The notes under the pieces were generated by a model that saw only the letters and a list, made by a program, of their open reading frames with translations, was not told the DNA's origin and did no database searches. A stretch of 64,000 nt of DNA from Eledone cirrhosa (lineage: Eukaryota), in contig CAXHJY010001714.1 in assembly GCA_964016885.1 (NCBI GenBank), forward strand, positions 1-64,000, given 5' to 3'. Made by a program: the position numbers and the translations under genes. Every line of letters begins with the position of its first letter. The stretch's first letter is position 1. Positions 1-11,697 of this stretch are shown one piece after another.

Positions 1-172
1 GTTTATGTCCTGTAACTAAGCAGTTTGACAAATAGAGATCGATTAAGAAAATATCAGACTTAGAAAAATAAGTACTGGGGTTGATATGATTGACTAAACT
101 TCTTCAAGGCGGTGCCCCACCATGACCACAGTCTAATGACTGAAATAAGTAGAAAAGTAAAAGAGTAAAAGA
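1..172 (+). mobile_element. 3' part of a tRNA-derived SINE (cut by window edge)
   Basis: aagtactggggttgat...aaggcggtgccccaccatgaccacagtctaatgactgaaataagt followed by an A-rich (aaaaga)n tail; shares the agtactggggtcgat motif with other SINEs in the window. Confidence 0.55.
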
Positions 173-342
173 GATAGGGAAAAACACAATGTTATGCCAA
201 AATAAAATTACAACATTCTCTAGTGCAATTTGTTAAAATCACCTCATTTGAGCAAGCAGCAAATAGAAAGGCCATGATATATTTTTGGGGATAAATAATG
301 ACTGTAATTATCATGGTACAGTGTGGAACACTTTGTCACTCA

Positions 343-432
343 GTTAGTAGCAGTAGTAGTAGTAGCAGCAGTAGTAGTAATAGTAGCAGCAGCAGTAGTA
401 GTAATAGTAGCAGCAGCAGTAGTAGTAGTAGT
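343..432. repeat. (AGT/AGC)n trinucleotide microsatellite
   Basis: Directly visible. Confidence 0.95.
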
Positions 433-748
433 ACAGTGAAAAATAATGAAATTGCTTTCTTGTTTAGCTAGTTGCCTAAAATAGAGGCAATAAGAAAAAC
501 TTTTTTTTTCACTGAGGTAAATGTTGTTTACAGATGAGACTGTAGAACAGAGTTCCTAAATACACAAGTCAATACTTAGCTTACTAAGCTCTTGGCAACC
601 AAATACAAGGATTAACAATTAGTAATTAAGTTAATACAATAAAGTCAAATAGGAAGCAGATATGATCACGTGTACTGTTGAGAGCCTCAATTTACATGTG
701 ATGTTTAATGAAGGAAATAAAATTGGAAAAATATTAAGACTTAAATAA

Positions 749-786
<38 letters not shown>

Positions 787-919
787 CAGACCCATGCTAG
801 CGTGGAAGATGGACGTTAAACGATGATGATGATGATACATAGATTTTGTAAATTTTATATATATCATCATCATCATTATCGTTTAATGTCTATTTTCCAT
901 GTTTCCATGCTAGCATATA

Positions 920-1872
920 TATCATCATCATCATCATCATCATCTTTAACGTCCATGTTCCACGCTTGCATGGGTTTGGACGGGAGTTTTCCCACTTGAG
1001 GCAAGAGTGGTTGTCTTGCTCGCATAGGACTGTCTGGCGGGTTTTCTACAGCTGGATGCCCTTCGTAACACCAACCACATTTACAGTGTGGGACTGGGAG
1101 GTTTTTACCGTGTTGCCTACACGGCCACATTACAGCGTGGACTGTGTGATTTTTTGTCGTGACACCTACACGATCTCATTTGTTTCGGCCTGGATGTTGT
1201 GGCACCAACATAACTTTACATTGAAAGGGGCGGTGTGGATGGGGTGGGGGGTGGTGGGACGGGGGTGTATTTTGTTAGAGATGCCTACTGACTGTAGTAG
1301 GTTTTACTTTGTATTTAGGTAAGGCGAGTCTTCTCTATTACTGAGTACCGCCAAAGATCTCGGTCCAGTGACATTGTCTTGGAGAGGTGTAAGTGTGTGA
1401 GGTCGGAATTTATCAGGTCGTCCCAGGTTTTTCTGGGTCTGCCTACTCCGTGGCTACCGTCTATCTTTATTGCCCTGCACTTTTTTATACAGCTGTCGTC
1501 TTTCATGCGCATCACGTGACCATACCAACGTAGCCTTCTCTCGAGTAAACAACATCTGATCCCTCTTATTTCTAATTTTTCCCTTAGTTCGTTTATGCTT
1601 TGCCGTTCACGTATATTACTATTACACATCCAGTGGAGCATGCAAGCTTCGTTCCTCTCTAGTCTGCGTATATCCTCTGCACACAATGCCCAGGTCTCAC
1701 TGCCATGCAACATTGCTGTTCGTATGCAGGCATCATACAGCCTGCCTTTCATTTTTAGGGAGAACCCTTTAGCGGCTAATAGTGGTATAAGCTCTCTGAA
1801 CTTTTTCCATCCAGTTCTGACTCTAGTTACTGTACTTTCAGAGCACCCTCCCCCACTGCTGATTTTGTCACC
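920..1872 (-). mobile_element. RTE-clade LINE, 5'-truncated (ORF C-terminus, 3' UTR, (GAT)n tail)
   Basis: ORF 1315..2022 encodes GDKISSGGGCSESTVTRVRTGWKKFREL...LHGSETW...RRLRWYGHVMRM...GRPRKTW, the RTE C-terminal signature; (cat)n tail on + at ~920-942; near-identical to 22510-23460. Confidence 0.92.
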
Positions 1873-1898
1873 CATATATATATATATATATATATATA

Positions 1899-2092
1899 TA
1901 GGAAAAAGTATGACCCCGACGGCAGAGCTCAAGCCGTTTCGACGGCTATTTCTGGACTCAAAATAGCCGTTGAAATGGCTTGAGCTCTGCCGTAGGGGGT
2001 CATACTTTTTCCTATTTCCCACTCTACTACTCTAAGTATTGAGTACTCTGGTGCGTTATGGTCCATTTGGTTCCTTACCACAATTCCTTTGT
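1899..2092 (+). mobile_element. (TA)n-embedded fold-back element, probable Penelope-like remnant (inverted partial pLTR plus tail)
   Basis: ~55-bp inverted arms (taggaaaaagtatgacccc.../...ggggtcatactttttccta) plus a unique ~80-nt 3' extension; (TA)n on both sides; homologous to 11501-11697. Confidence 0.6.
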
Positions 2093-2126
<34 letters not shown>

Positions 2127-3037
2127 GGTGGTGTCATACCCAAAGACTGGTGCAGCAGTATTCTCATAAATTGCTACAAAGGTAAAGGGGATGCTCTGGA
2201 GAGGAGCAATTATAGGGGTATAAAACTGATGGATCAGGTTATGAAAGTGACAGAAAGGATATTAGCGCAACTAATTAGAGAAAGGGTCAAACTGGATGAG
2301 ATGCAGTTTGGTTTTGTGCAACAAATGCCCTTTTCTTGGTGAGACAATTACAAGAGAGGTTCTTAGAGAAGAATAGGCCACTATACTTAGCTTTTGTTGA
2401 CCTAGAGAAGGCCTTTGATAGGGTACCCTGATCTGTCATCTGGTGAACCTAGCTAAGACAAAAGTGTTGAGTAGAAAAGAGGACAAAACTCTGATTCCGT
2501 CAGGGAAATGGCCATGTTCGATATGCAGAAAAGGAACTGGCATAAATGTTATAAAATTTACACAATGCAGATCTTGGGTACACAAGAGATGTAGTGGGAT
2601 AGCAGGCAAACTAACAGGTAGGGAGAAATACATATGCAGTAGATGTACAGGCAAATTTGACAGTAGAAGCCGCATTGATAGACACATTTTTCAAATGTAG
2701 GTGGGTGCTATAGAAGTGGTTGATAGCTTCCGGTACCTAGGTGATCAGATTAGCATGGGAGGAGGGTGTTCCGAGGCCATAGTATCTAGAATAAGGACGG
2801 TTGGAAGAAGTTTAGGGAGCTGCTTCCTCTGCTGATGAAGGGTTTCTCCCTGCATACAAAAGGCCGGTTATATGATGCCTGTGTGAGAAGCGCGACGCTG
2901 CATGGTAGTGAGACATGGGCAGCAACTGCAGAGGATATGCGACGGCTGGAGAGAAATGAGGCAAACATGCTCCGTTGGATGTGCAATGTCAATGTGCGTG
3001 AACGACCGAGCATGGATGTGTTGAGAGAGAAACTGTG
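2127..3037 (+). mobile_element. RTE-clade LINE fragment, internally deleted and frameshifted
   Basis: ORF pieces PKDWCSSILINCYKGKGDALERSNYRGIKL, DLEKAFDRVP, KWPCSIC..WVHKRC, LHGSETW. Confidence 0.9.
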
Positions 3038-3401
3038 TCAATTAATTAATGAAGAATTTTATACTGAAGTGAAAACTAACTTAAACCAAACAGTGAGTGT
3101 GTTTTACTATATATTTTTCTGGCAATATTATAACATGACCCTCCCCAAATATTAGAATTTTTTAGGGATTTACTAAAATGATTAATTATTGCATTACTAA
3201 AGTAGTAACTTAAAATATTTTTCTTATAGAATATTATGTTGGGAGATTTTAATTTAAATAAGAACTCTTTAAAATTGGTGGATTTGTTTCATAGAACTAG
3301 AGCCAGTTTTGGTTGGGTTGGTATCAAAAGGGTTTCTATTGCAATTGTACTCATATTAAGAATTCATTTTTTCAAAACAAGAAATAAGTGATTAATAAAT
3401 A

Positions 3402-3590
3402 ATTGTTTCTACTTTTGGCACAAGGCCATCAATTACCCAGTGCATTACTGGTACTTTATTTTATCGACCCCGTAAGGATGAAAGGCAAAGTTAACCTCGG
3501 TGGGATTTGAACTCAGACCGCAAAGGGACGTAACTATGCTAGAAAGCATGGCGTCCGACCCTCTACCGATACTGCCAAGCCACCACCCTT
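3402..3590 (-). mobile_element. tRNA-derived SINE (Meta/MESC-like core), full length
   Basis: Reverse complement of the 39465-39649 family: A box tggcagtatcgg, B box gttcaaatcc, core gcctttcatccttacggggtcgataaaataaagtaccag. Confidence 0.9.
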
Positions 3591-3759
3591 GATTAATAAA
3601 TAATATTCATTAATTAATTAATCTAAGGAAAAACAGTACTTATAGCTTTCAGAGATCAATGTAGATTGGGATATATGTAATCCCTTAACCCTTTCATTAC
3701 CATATTTCTAATGAAAGACATTGTCTATGATTTTGAAAATAATAAAAGCTTTACAATAG

Positions 3760-3975
3760 TAATGCTGTGAGTTTGATCGCTGGACTGGGTGACGTGTTTT
3801 GAGTAAATCATTTAATTCCATATTTCTTCAGTCCACTTAGCTAAAAATAAATATCAGCAGCTGGGGGTTAACTTTGAAATGGACTAGCATACTGTCCAGG
3901 AAGGAGTCTTGTACTCTCAGTTGTTTAACACCAATGAAACCAGGATATGCTCTGGTCTGATGAGCCTCTGGGCTT
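3760..3975 (+). mobile_element. Degenerate SINE of a second family
   Basis: gtgagtttgatc B-box-like motif and tail ggactagcatactgtccagg...gtactctcagttg; related fragment at ~33885-33980. Confidence 0.5.
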
Positions 3976-5115
3976 GGAATAGAATTCAACCTTTTTATCA
4001 TCAGAGAGAGATGCACTTTGCAGGACATTGTTGGAGAGCTAAGCAAGAATCCATTGGTGATACACTCATATGGTTGGACACCACAACATAAATATACATG
4101 GGTTGACTGTCCAGCCAAATCTTTTATCAACCAGTTCTGTAATCAAGTGGGACAAATCTGAGCAAGTTCAACCAGATGAGATATTTAATATCTGGTAGAT
4201 TATAGGCTGAGTTAAGAAACAATAAGAAACAATTCTGTGTCCAGTAGACACTGTAAAGTGGAAATGGCCAAACTGGAGCAGTGAAAGTTTGACAGGACCC
4301 CTTTAGTCCTGTTGAGGGCATAAACTCACTAGTGCTAATAAAAAGCATGATAAAAAGCACCCATTACACTCTTTGATGCAGTTGGAATTTGGAAGAACAA
4401 CCAGCCATAGAAACAATGCAAAAAACTGAATGTACACATGCTTCAACTTACTCATCCAACCCATGCCAGCATGGAAAATGAATGTATAGTGATGAATAGT
4501 GAGATACTGAACTAGATATGCATTAAAACAGCTCATTTAAAATACAACAGTCTGTGCTAAATCCAAGACTTCTGCTTATAATGACATGTTCAGACAAGTC
4601 AGCTGAACAAAGAGTTTATGGGCAGTTTTTGTTGAACTAGTTGAGTAAAAAGTTGACTCTTTATAGGCTCCACACTCAAATTTTAAAATAGTGTTTACAA
4701 TCAAATACATGTGTGGGTATTCAACCAAGACTACTATAATCCTCATTATTTTTTCATCATTTTACATGTTTTTCATGCTGGCATGGGTTGGATGGGTTAT
4801 CACAGTTGATGATGATGAAGATGATGATGATAAGACCTGACTGTTCATAGCAATCAATCTTGCTCATTACATTTCATATTTGGCATTGTTTCTATGGCTG
4901 GATACCCTTCCTAATGCCAACCATCTTACAGGGTGTACCGGATGCACTTTTTCCGACAGAAGCACTACCACTTTACAGAGTGGATTGGGTGCATTTTATC
5001 ATGGTCCCAACACTAACAGTTTACAGGATGTACTGGGTGTATTATTATTATAATAATGTAAAACAAGTTATACTTTTATCTTATTTCTACAAATTATATT
5101 TTATGAAATAATATA

Positions 5116-5307
5116 ATTGTTTCTACTTTTGGCACAAGGCCAGCAATTACCCAGTGCATTACTGGTACTTTATTATTTTATCGACCCCGTAAGGATGAAA
5201 GGCAAAGTTAACCTCGGTGGGACTTGAACTCAGATCGTAAAGGGACATAACTATGCCGCAAAGCATGGCGTCCGACCCTCTACCGATACTGCCAATCCAC
5301 CGCCTTG
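5116..5307 (-). mobile_element. tRNA-derived SINE (Meta/MESC-like core), full length
   Basis: Near-identical to 3402-3590. Confidence 0.9.
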
Positions 5308-6644
5308 ATACTGCCAATAATATAATAATGGTAGCTCAGTAAAGGAACTATCTGTGCAACCAATACCAATATAGAAAAACTGGTGGTTATTATGATTATG
5401 ATGTCAGATGAGTTGGATCTCTGTCAGTCCCAACAATAAGTATTCATTCAAACAACAGTACAGCCTGCTCGTGAAACTAATGTGCAAGTAGCTGAACATT
5501 TCACAGACATATAATCCTTGGGGAGAATCAGCATGACATAGAATGTGATAAAGATGGCCCTTTGAAGTAGTTACAACTTGAATTACTTGGTCCAGTTATC
5601 AAACCCACAACCTTATGATCACAAGACCAACATCCTAATCACTAAGCCATGTGCCTTTCTCAGAAAACATTCAGAAGCTGACTTTAAACTAGTAAAGAAC
5701 ATTTACATTTTCTTTTTTGTAGGTCTGGAGGAAGGAGCATTACCCATGGCCTACACAAACCTTTAGAGACCAGAAAGAAGATGCTATTGATGTTCTACTT
5801 AAAATGTTGCAAGTCAACTCCAGCAGGAAAAATATAAAGGAGAAAGTTTCAGGGGGGGGGGGGGGGGCTGGAAGTTGGATATGATATGGGTGATGAGAGG
5901 AGGAGAGACAAGTGAGTCAAGAGTGCCTGAAGGTGGCATGAGACCAGCCAGCTCTGAGGAGCAGAGACCATTGTAGTGGTCAATATATTAAATACATAGT
6001 ATTTTGTGTGATTAATTAAAGACATGGAATCTTCTAGAATCATTCTATGACACTGGTAGTTCTTGTTGCTAAGTTGATGCCAGGCATGTCATCACTCACT
6101 ACTGGGTCACATTAACCCATTCAGGGCACAGCAACCATACAACTAAAGAGAAGAATCATCTGCGACTTGCTAAATAGAATAAACAGCAATATCTTTCCAA
6201 CAGACTTGTGTGATTTGAAGGAGTTTTGGATGCTATTTTTACCAGGTCAAACAACTGCGTAGACACTCCTTTGGCTTGTTACAGCTGTAGTTGAATGCAG
6301 CAGTGAATGTGTTAAACAAATCAATAAAAAGTTGCTATTGTGAGGGTTATACTAATACTTGCCATTTTATAAAATACTTTATCATGGTAAATAGTACCCA
6401 ATATAGCACCAAACACTGATGCTACAGAACACTTGCAGTGATGTAATATATTACATATATGAAAATCAAAGACTTGGAATGCATTGGCCTTTTTCTACTT
6501 TTCATCAGACCTGAGTAACATTGAACACAAAAGGCTGACCACTACCAACAGCAACTAGAAGAAAATACCGAATTAAAGAGATGGCAATGGACAGTGTGAA
6601 TGTCATAAACAAATGTCAGTTAGACAATTTATGGTAATCATAAA

Positions 6645-6675
6645 TGTAGTGATGGCGATGGTGGTGGTAGTAGTG

Positions 6676-6719
<44 letters not shown>

Positions 6720-6990
6720 GGTGGTGGTGGTGATGGTGGTGGTGGTGTAGTAGTGGTGGTAGTGGTGGTGTAGTAGTAGTAGTGGTGGTGTAGTAGTAGT
6801 GGTAGTGGTGGTGTAGTAGTAGTGGTGGTGTAGTAGTCGTGGTGGTGGTGGTAGAGTAGTAGTGGTGGAGGTAGTATACTAGTAGAGGTGGTGGTGGTGG
6901 TGGTAGTAGTGATGGTGGTAGTAGTAGCAACAACAACAAGAGCAATAGTGGTACTACCAATAATAAAAAGTAGTAGTGGTAGCAGTAACA
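6645..6990. repeat. Compound (GTG/GTA)n microsatellite
   Basis: Directly visible; explains the low-complexity ORFs 6616..6960 and 6638..7195. Confidence 0.95.
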
Positions 6991-8924
6991 AGTGGTGATA
7001 GTAGAGAGATGGATGGGTGGATATGTGAGAAATTATTAATTTAATATGAATAAGTATCTTTGCAACTAAAAGGGTTGGCACCAGGAAGGGCATCCCGCTA
7101 TAAAACATTGCCTCAGAAAGGTCACTTACCATGAGTTCTGCAAGGCTAGCCCCTGCTTTACCAAGGAAAAATGGCCTTAAAAAGCATGTCAACATTTAAA
7201 AACTGTATGCCCTCAAAACAAACGAGTCAAACACACCACTAATTAGAGGCAAGTAGATGTCATTTCTAAATTTTATTTATATAAAAACACAATTTATATT
7301 AGAAAAATAACACAGCACAATAAGGGACACTGGAGTGCCCATCTAATATTTTTTAGACAAGCCAACACACTTGCAGCATTGCCCTGGTGGTAGGATCTTG
7401 ACTCTACAGGACGATAATAATTTCCAATTTATAACAATAAAAATAAATATTAAAATGCCCGGCTTTTCCCTTCCTATATCTAGAGTAATATAACTGTTAG
7501 CATAACTAGAGACGTAAGTTTTCTGGGTATACTGGAGTATTGTCTAAATACGGAATTGAAAGGAAAAAATGAAAGTAGTGGGGGTGAAGATGTTTCTTTT
7601 TCTACAAATATATTTCGTGCCGGACTAAGTCTGTTTCTATAGACATCGATGTAACATTAGTGTGTGTGTGTAACCAGAATCGCAAAACAAAGAATGAAAT
7701 CAACAAAATATATGACATTCAATGAAAGACGAAGTTAAACGTCTGTCTACTTAACTTGTGTTGAAATAAAGGAAATAACGCTTATTCTAAACCTAATTAT
7801 TTCTTCCTAATACTATAATTACTCTTTGTTTCTTATTTGTCTATATAAGAGGTTTGTTTTTTATTTGTTTTGTTCTTTTTTAACAAAAGCCACTATTTTT
7901 TTCTCCCAAAACCCTCACTCGGATGAATTAAAATTCTTTTAAATGTTGGAGCTAAATAAAAGCTTAACAAGTCTATGTGTGAGTGTGTTTAAAGGATAAC
8001 ATTAATTCAGAGGGCAACATTCATTTCAGATATTGCAGGAAGACATTTAGAATGAGAGTAATGAGAGAAATAACGTTGACTAAAGTAACAGTTTAGATAA
8101 TCTAAAGTGAAATTGGAGCAGTTCTAGCTGAAGTTCAACAGTTGTATGATGACGAATAAAATAATTAGTTGTTGGTGTGTATGTGATCAGACAGTATTCA
8201 CATGAAAATTTCTTCTTTCTAAAGAAGAAATCTACGAAATCTCGTTAGCGTTGCCAACAAAAGAAATTGTTACTCTGTAAATAATTTCCATTTTCGATTG
8301 GCGATTATTGATGTGTTGGCAAAAAGAAAGGAGTGACATATCCGGCTAACGTTTAAATAATTCATTTAAAACGAAAATCATAGGTATTTCACAGCACAAC
8401 AATAATGAGAATTTAGTAAACATTAAGGGCCAAATGCAATGAGATGATAAGGGATTATAGGGATGTATCAAGTGCCTCGTTAAGAACAGTGCTATAACAT
8501 GCCGTCTGTAAATTTGAAGTGCACTTGCCATCAAACATGGCAATGTTGGCTTTCGGTAGCAGGTTTAGTCAGCTGTACACTAGTACAACTTCCACTAAAC
8601 ATTTATATTAGATTGAAATGAGAGAGTAGGGGAGGACAGGGTTGGTGTCTGCAATTAAATCAGTAAAACTTGTGAAAGAGACTTATTTTGAGGGTGCGTG
8701 GATGAGGTGCTAGTGAATGGCTTCAAATTATAATCAAACTATCAAACAACTTGGAATCTATTTCACAATATTCAGTAGAGACACGATTTTATCTACTTGA
8801 CAAGTACATTTATTGTATTGTTTTATATTTCCAAGAAGACCATTTGCGAAGAGAGATGTGCCTTTTTAGCTCCCTCAATAGAACTGAAATTAATGAAAGA
8901 TCGCAAAAACGCTTCGTGAAGTAA

Positions 8925-8936
8925 CATACACACACA

Positions 8937-9013
<77 letters not shown>

Positions 9014-9060
9014 GCGTGTGTGTGCGTGTGATGTGTGTGTATATATGTGTGTATCTGTGC
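8925..9060. repeat. (CA)n-(GT)n-(TA)n compound microsatellite
   Basis: Directly visible. Confidence 0.95.
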
Positions 9061-9980
9061 GTAGTTAGTTGGAAAATGTTAGAACAGTATTAATGTGTGT
9101 CATTTGTAAAGTAGGTGTTGCTGTAATAAATTGAGAACTGATAAACAAAACGGCGATAGTTCGATATGTATCAATGATCAAGTTTTATCCATAGCATATT
9201 ACCAAAATTATTTAATCGTGTACAAGATGAGAATTTCGTTATATATATAAAAGTTTAGTGAATGAGCCTCTGTTATCAGACGGTATAGTACCAAGGAAAT
9301 TATTACATTCATACCGACATAGACTATTATATGTATGTGTGTGTGTGTATATATATATACATATGCACATATATGTCTTAGACAACACACACATACAATC
9401 AAGTGTTCCTTATCTCCAGAGTTCTTCGGTAAATATCAGCCAAAGTTATTTTCATCATGAAATTATAGATACTGAGGGGAAAACCATCCAGACAGTTCGT
9501 TTTCGCGTAGAAATTAGATATTATTATAAAAACACGAAGAAATACCAAGAAATAAGAAACGTTGTTGTTATTACGCGTCAATTTTAGGTGTGAGATGTAT
9601 GGGAAATATTGTTTAACTTTTTAGACTATTATATTGTAACAGCTGTGTAAATTCATTTTAGTGAGTGATCAAGTAATTTGATCTCTATAATGTGTGAAGT
9701 TTGGACTGAAACTGTTTAGGGTGTTAAAAAGAAAAACACTGGCAGTTGATTGTTAATTATTAAAATATAGTATAAAGATATGAGACAAATGGGCGGAATT
9801 GTCAAAATAATAGACAATTGGATATACATAGATAGTTGGATAGACAGACAAATAGGTGGATAACAGATGCATAGATCGATAGAAAGTATGATCGATAGAT
9901 AGAAAAATAGATCAATAGACAGTTGGATAGATAGACAAACAAATTGGTAGATAGACCGATATATTGTTAGTTACACACAC

Positions 9981-10025
<45 letters not shown>

Positions 10026-10189
10026 CGTATGTGTATGTATACACACACACACATGTGTGTGTAAGTATACACACACAGAGAGAGAGAGAGATTAATTGGA
10101 TACATTGATAGTTGAATAGACAGTTCGATAGAAAGGCGGTTGGATATTTAGGCAAATATATACATAGGTAGAAAGTATGGAAATCTTAC

Positions 10190-10269
10190 CGTCCGAGATT
10201 CTGATCAGCTATCTGTTTGACACGTAAAAGATTTTTCCTAAGATTCTCCTTTTTCCACATTTTCTGCAT
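10190..10269 (-). CDS. ARHGAP44: First coding exon of a BAR-domain Rho GTPase-activating protein (ARHGAP17/ARHGAP44/SH3BP1, RICH family); rest of gene lies beyond the left window edge
   Basis: Translates MQKMWKKENLRKNLLRVKQIADQNLG(R) and ends CG|GTAAG (phase-2 donor). Resembles the recalled vertebrate RICH N-terminus MKKQFNRMKQLANQTVGR. Lies in a CpG-enriched region. Alternative ATG at 10260. The paralog name cannot be resolved from one exon. Confidence 0.72.
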
Positions 10270-11100
10270 TTGTCTGCTGGGATGTCGGCTGATTTAGAGA
10301 AACATAATATTGTACGAGTAGTGAGAGCAGGAAGAGGAAGGTCAAGGTGCAGTAGCAAAGACTAATAACAACGGACTGCTGGTGTTCTGCCTCTTCCTAC
10401 CATGTTTGTCAAAAAACGATCACCAAAAACCGATTGTTGATGGTAATGGTATTAGTTATGGCTATATAGATATGATATCTATGGGATATCTCAATGGATG
10501 GCCGGATATAACACCATGTTGTCATAAACGATGTAACTACGGTGGTGCGTGAGTAAGCTACTTAGATATGTCTAGTGTAAGTGTTATCACAGTGTTCTAA
10601 AACTGTTACTGAGGGCGACTACTACAACTACTAATATAAGTCGAGCGGCTGAGGTCTCACTTCCTTTCTCACTTTCAGTGAAATCTATGGAAGACCAAAA
10701 GTGAAAAATACTTTATAGAAACCGCATTTCACCAAACCTTGTAGTCAAGTATTTGGATCGATTTCAACAATGTTCCTTTCTCCAAAATTACGAGACGTGT
10801 GCCTATATTAGAAATAATTCTTGTAACAACAAAAACATTAAAATATTGTGTAATTTGCTTACTTCTGGATACAAATAAGTATTTAAATAATTTGTTGTTT
10901 TTTTGTTTTGTTTTTTTCAAATATTAAATATATTTACTGAACACAATAAATTAGCTTTCTATTTCTGAAATGCGATGTTGGTAAGTTTTCAGTCTACTAC
11001 TTCTGGGATTCGGTTTGAATAGTCAACTGGAACTACTTCACTTGCATTCGGGAAAAGCATGAACACCACAACACCATATGTCTCAGATGTAATTATATGA
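10270..11100 (-). promoter_or_regulatory. 5' UTR and promoter region of the RhoGAP gene
   Basis: Non-repetitive, CpG-enriched sequence immediately upstream of the ATG; TSS not locatable. Confidence 0.45.
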
Positions 11101-11455
11101 CAATTGTCATCATCATTTAATGACTGTTTTGTTCCATGCTAGCAATGTAGTATATAATTTTTTTACTTTTGGCACAAGGCCAGCAATTATCTCAGTGTAT
11201 TACTGGTACTTTATTTTATCGACCCCGTAAGGATGAAAGGCAAAGTTAACCTTGGCGGGATTTGAAGGTGCTACTACTTCCTAGCTGAGCTGAGGCCATC
11301 TCTCATTTACATTCCAGCTTTGGCATATTTTCTATAGCTGGATGCCTTTCCTAATACCAACCACTTTACAGAATTTACTGGTTGAATTTTATTGTGGAAC
11401 TAGCACTATTCAGCCATTTCTAACAGGGAAAACAACTGTTAAAAATGATTTGATG

Positions 11456-11500
<45 letters not shown>

Positions 11501-11697
11501 ACAATAAAAACCTGTTTAGACCATTACTCACCAGAGTACTCGATACCTGGAGTAGTAGAGTATTGTTATATGAAAGAGTTGGGACTGCAATGGCTGAGCT
11601 CTAGCCATTTCAACAGATAATTCCAGATGAGTCTGGAACTAGCTGTTGAAACAGTTAGAGCTCAGCCGTCGGGTTCCCGATTCTTTCATATAACTAT
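11501..11697 (-). mobile_element. (TA)n-embedded fold-back element, same family as 1899-2092
   Basis: Arms gttatatgaaagagttggga.../...tcccgattctttcatataac; tail actctactactccaggtatcgagtactctggtg shared with the 1899 copy. Confidence 0.6.

Noticed and set aside
5723-5850. Plus-strand exon after a strong acceptor (ttttctttttgtag)
   Set aside because: No recognisable protein and no partner exons; antisense to the RhoGAP intron
6616-7195. Poly-H/Y/T/P ORFs
   Set aside because: Translations of a trinucleotide microsatellite
9258-9587. 109-aa ORF / exon-like segment
   Set aside because: N-terminal half is microsatellite; no homology recognisable; antisense within RhoGAP intron 1
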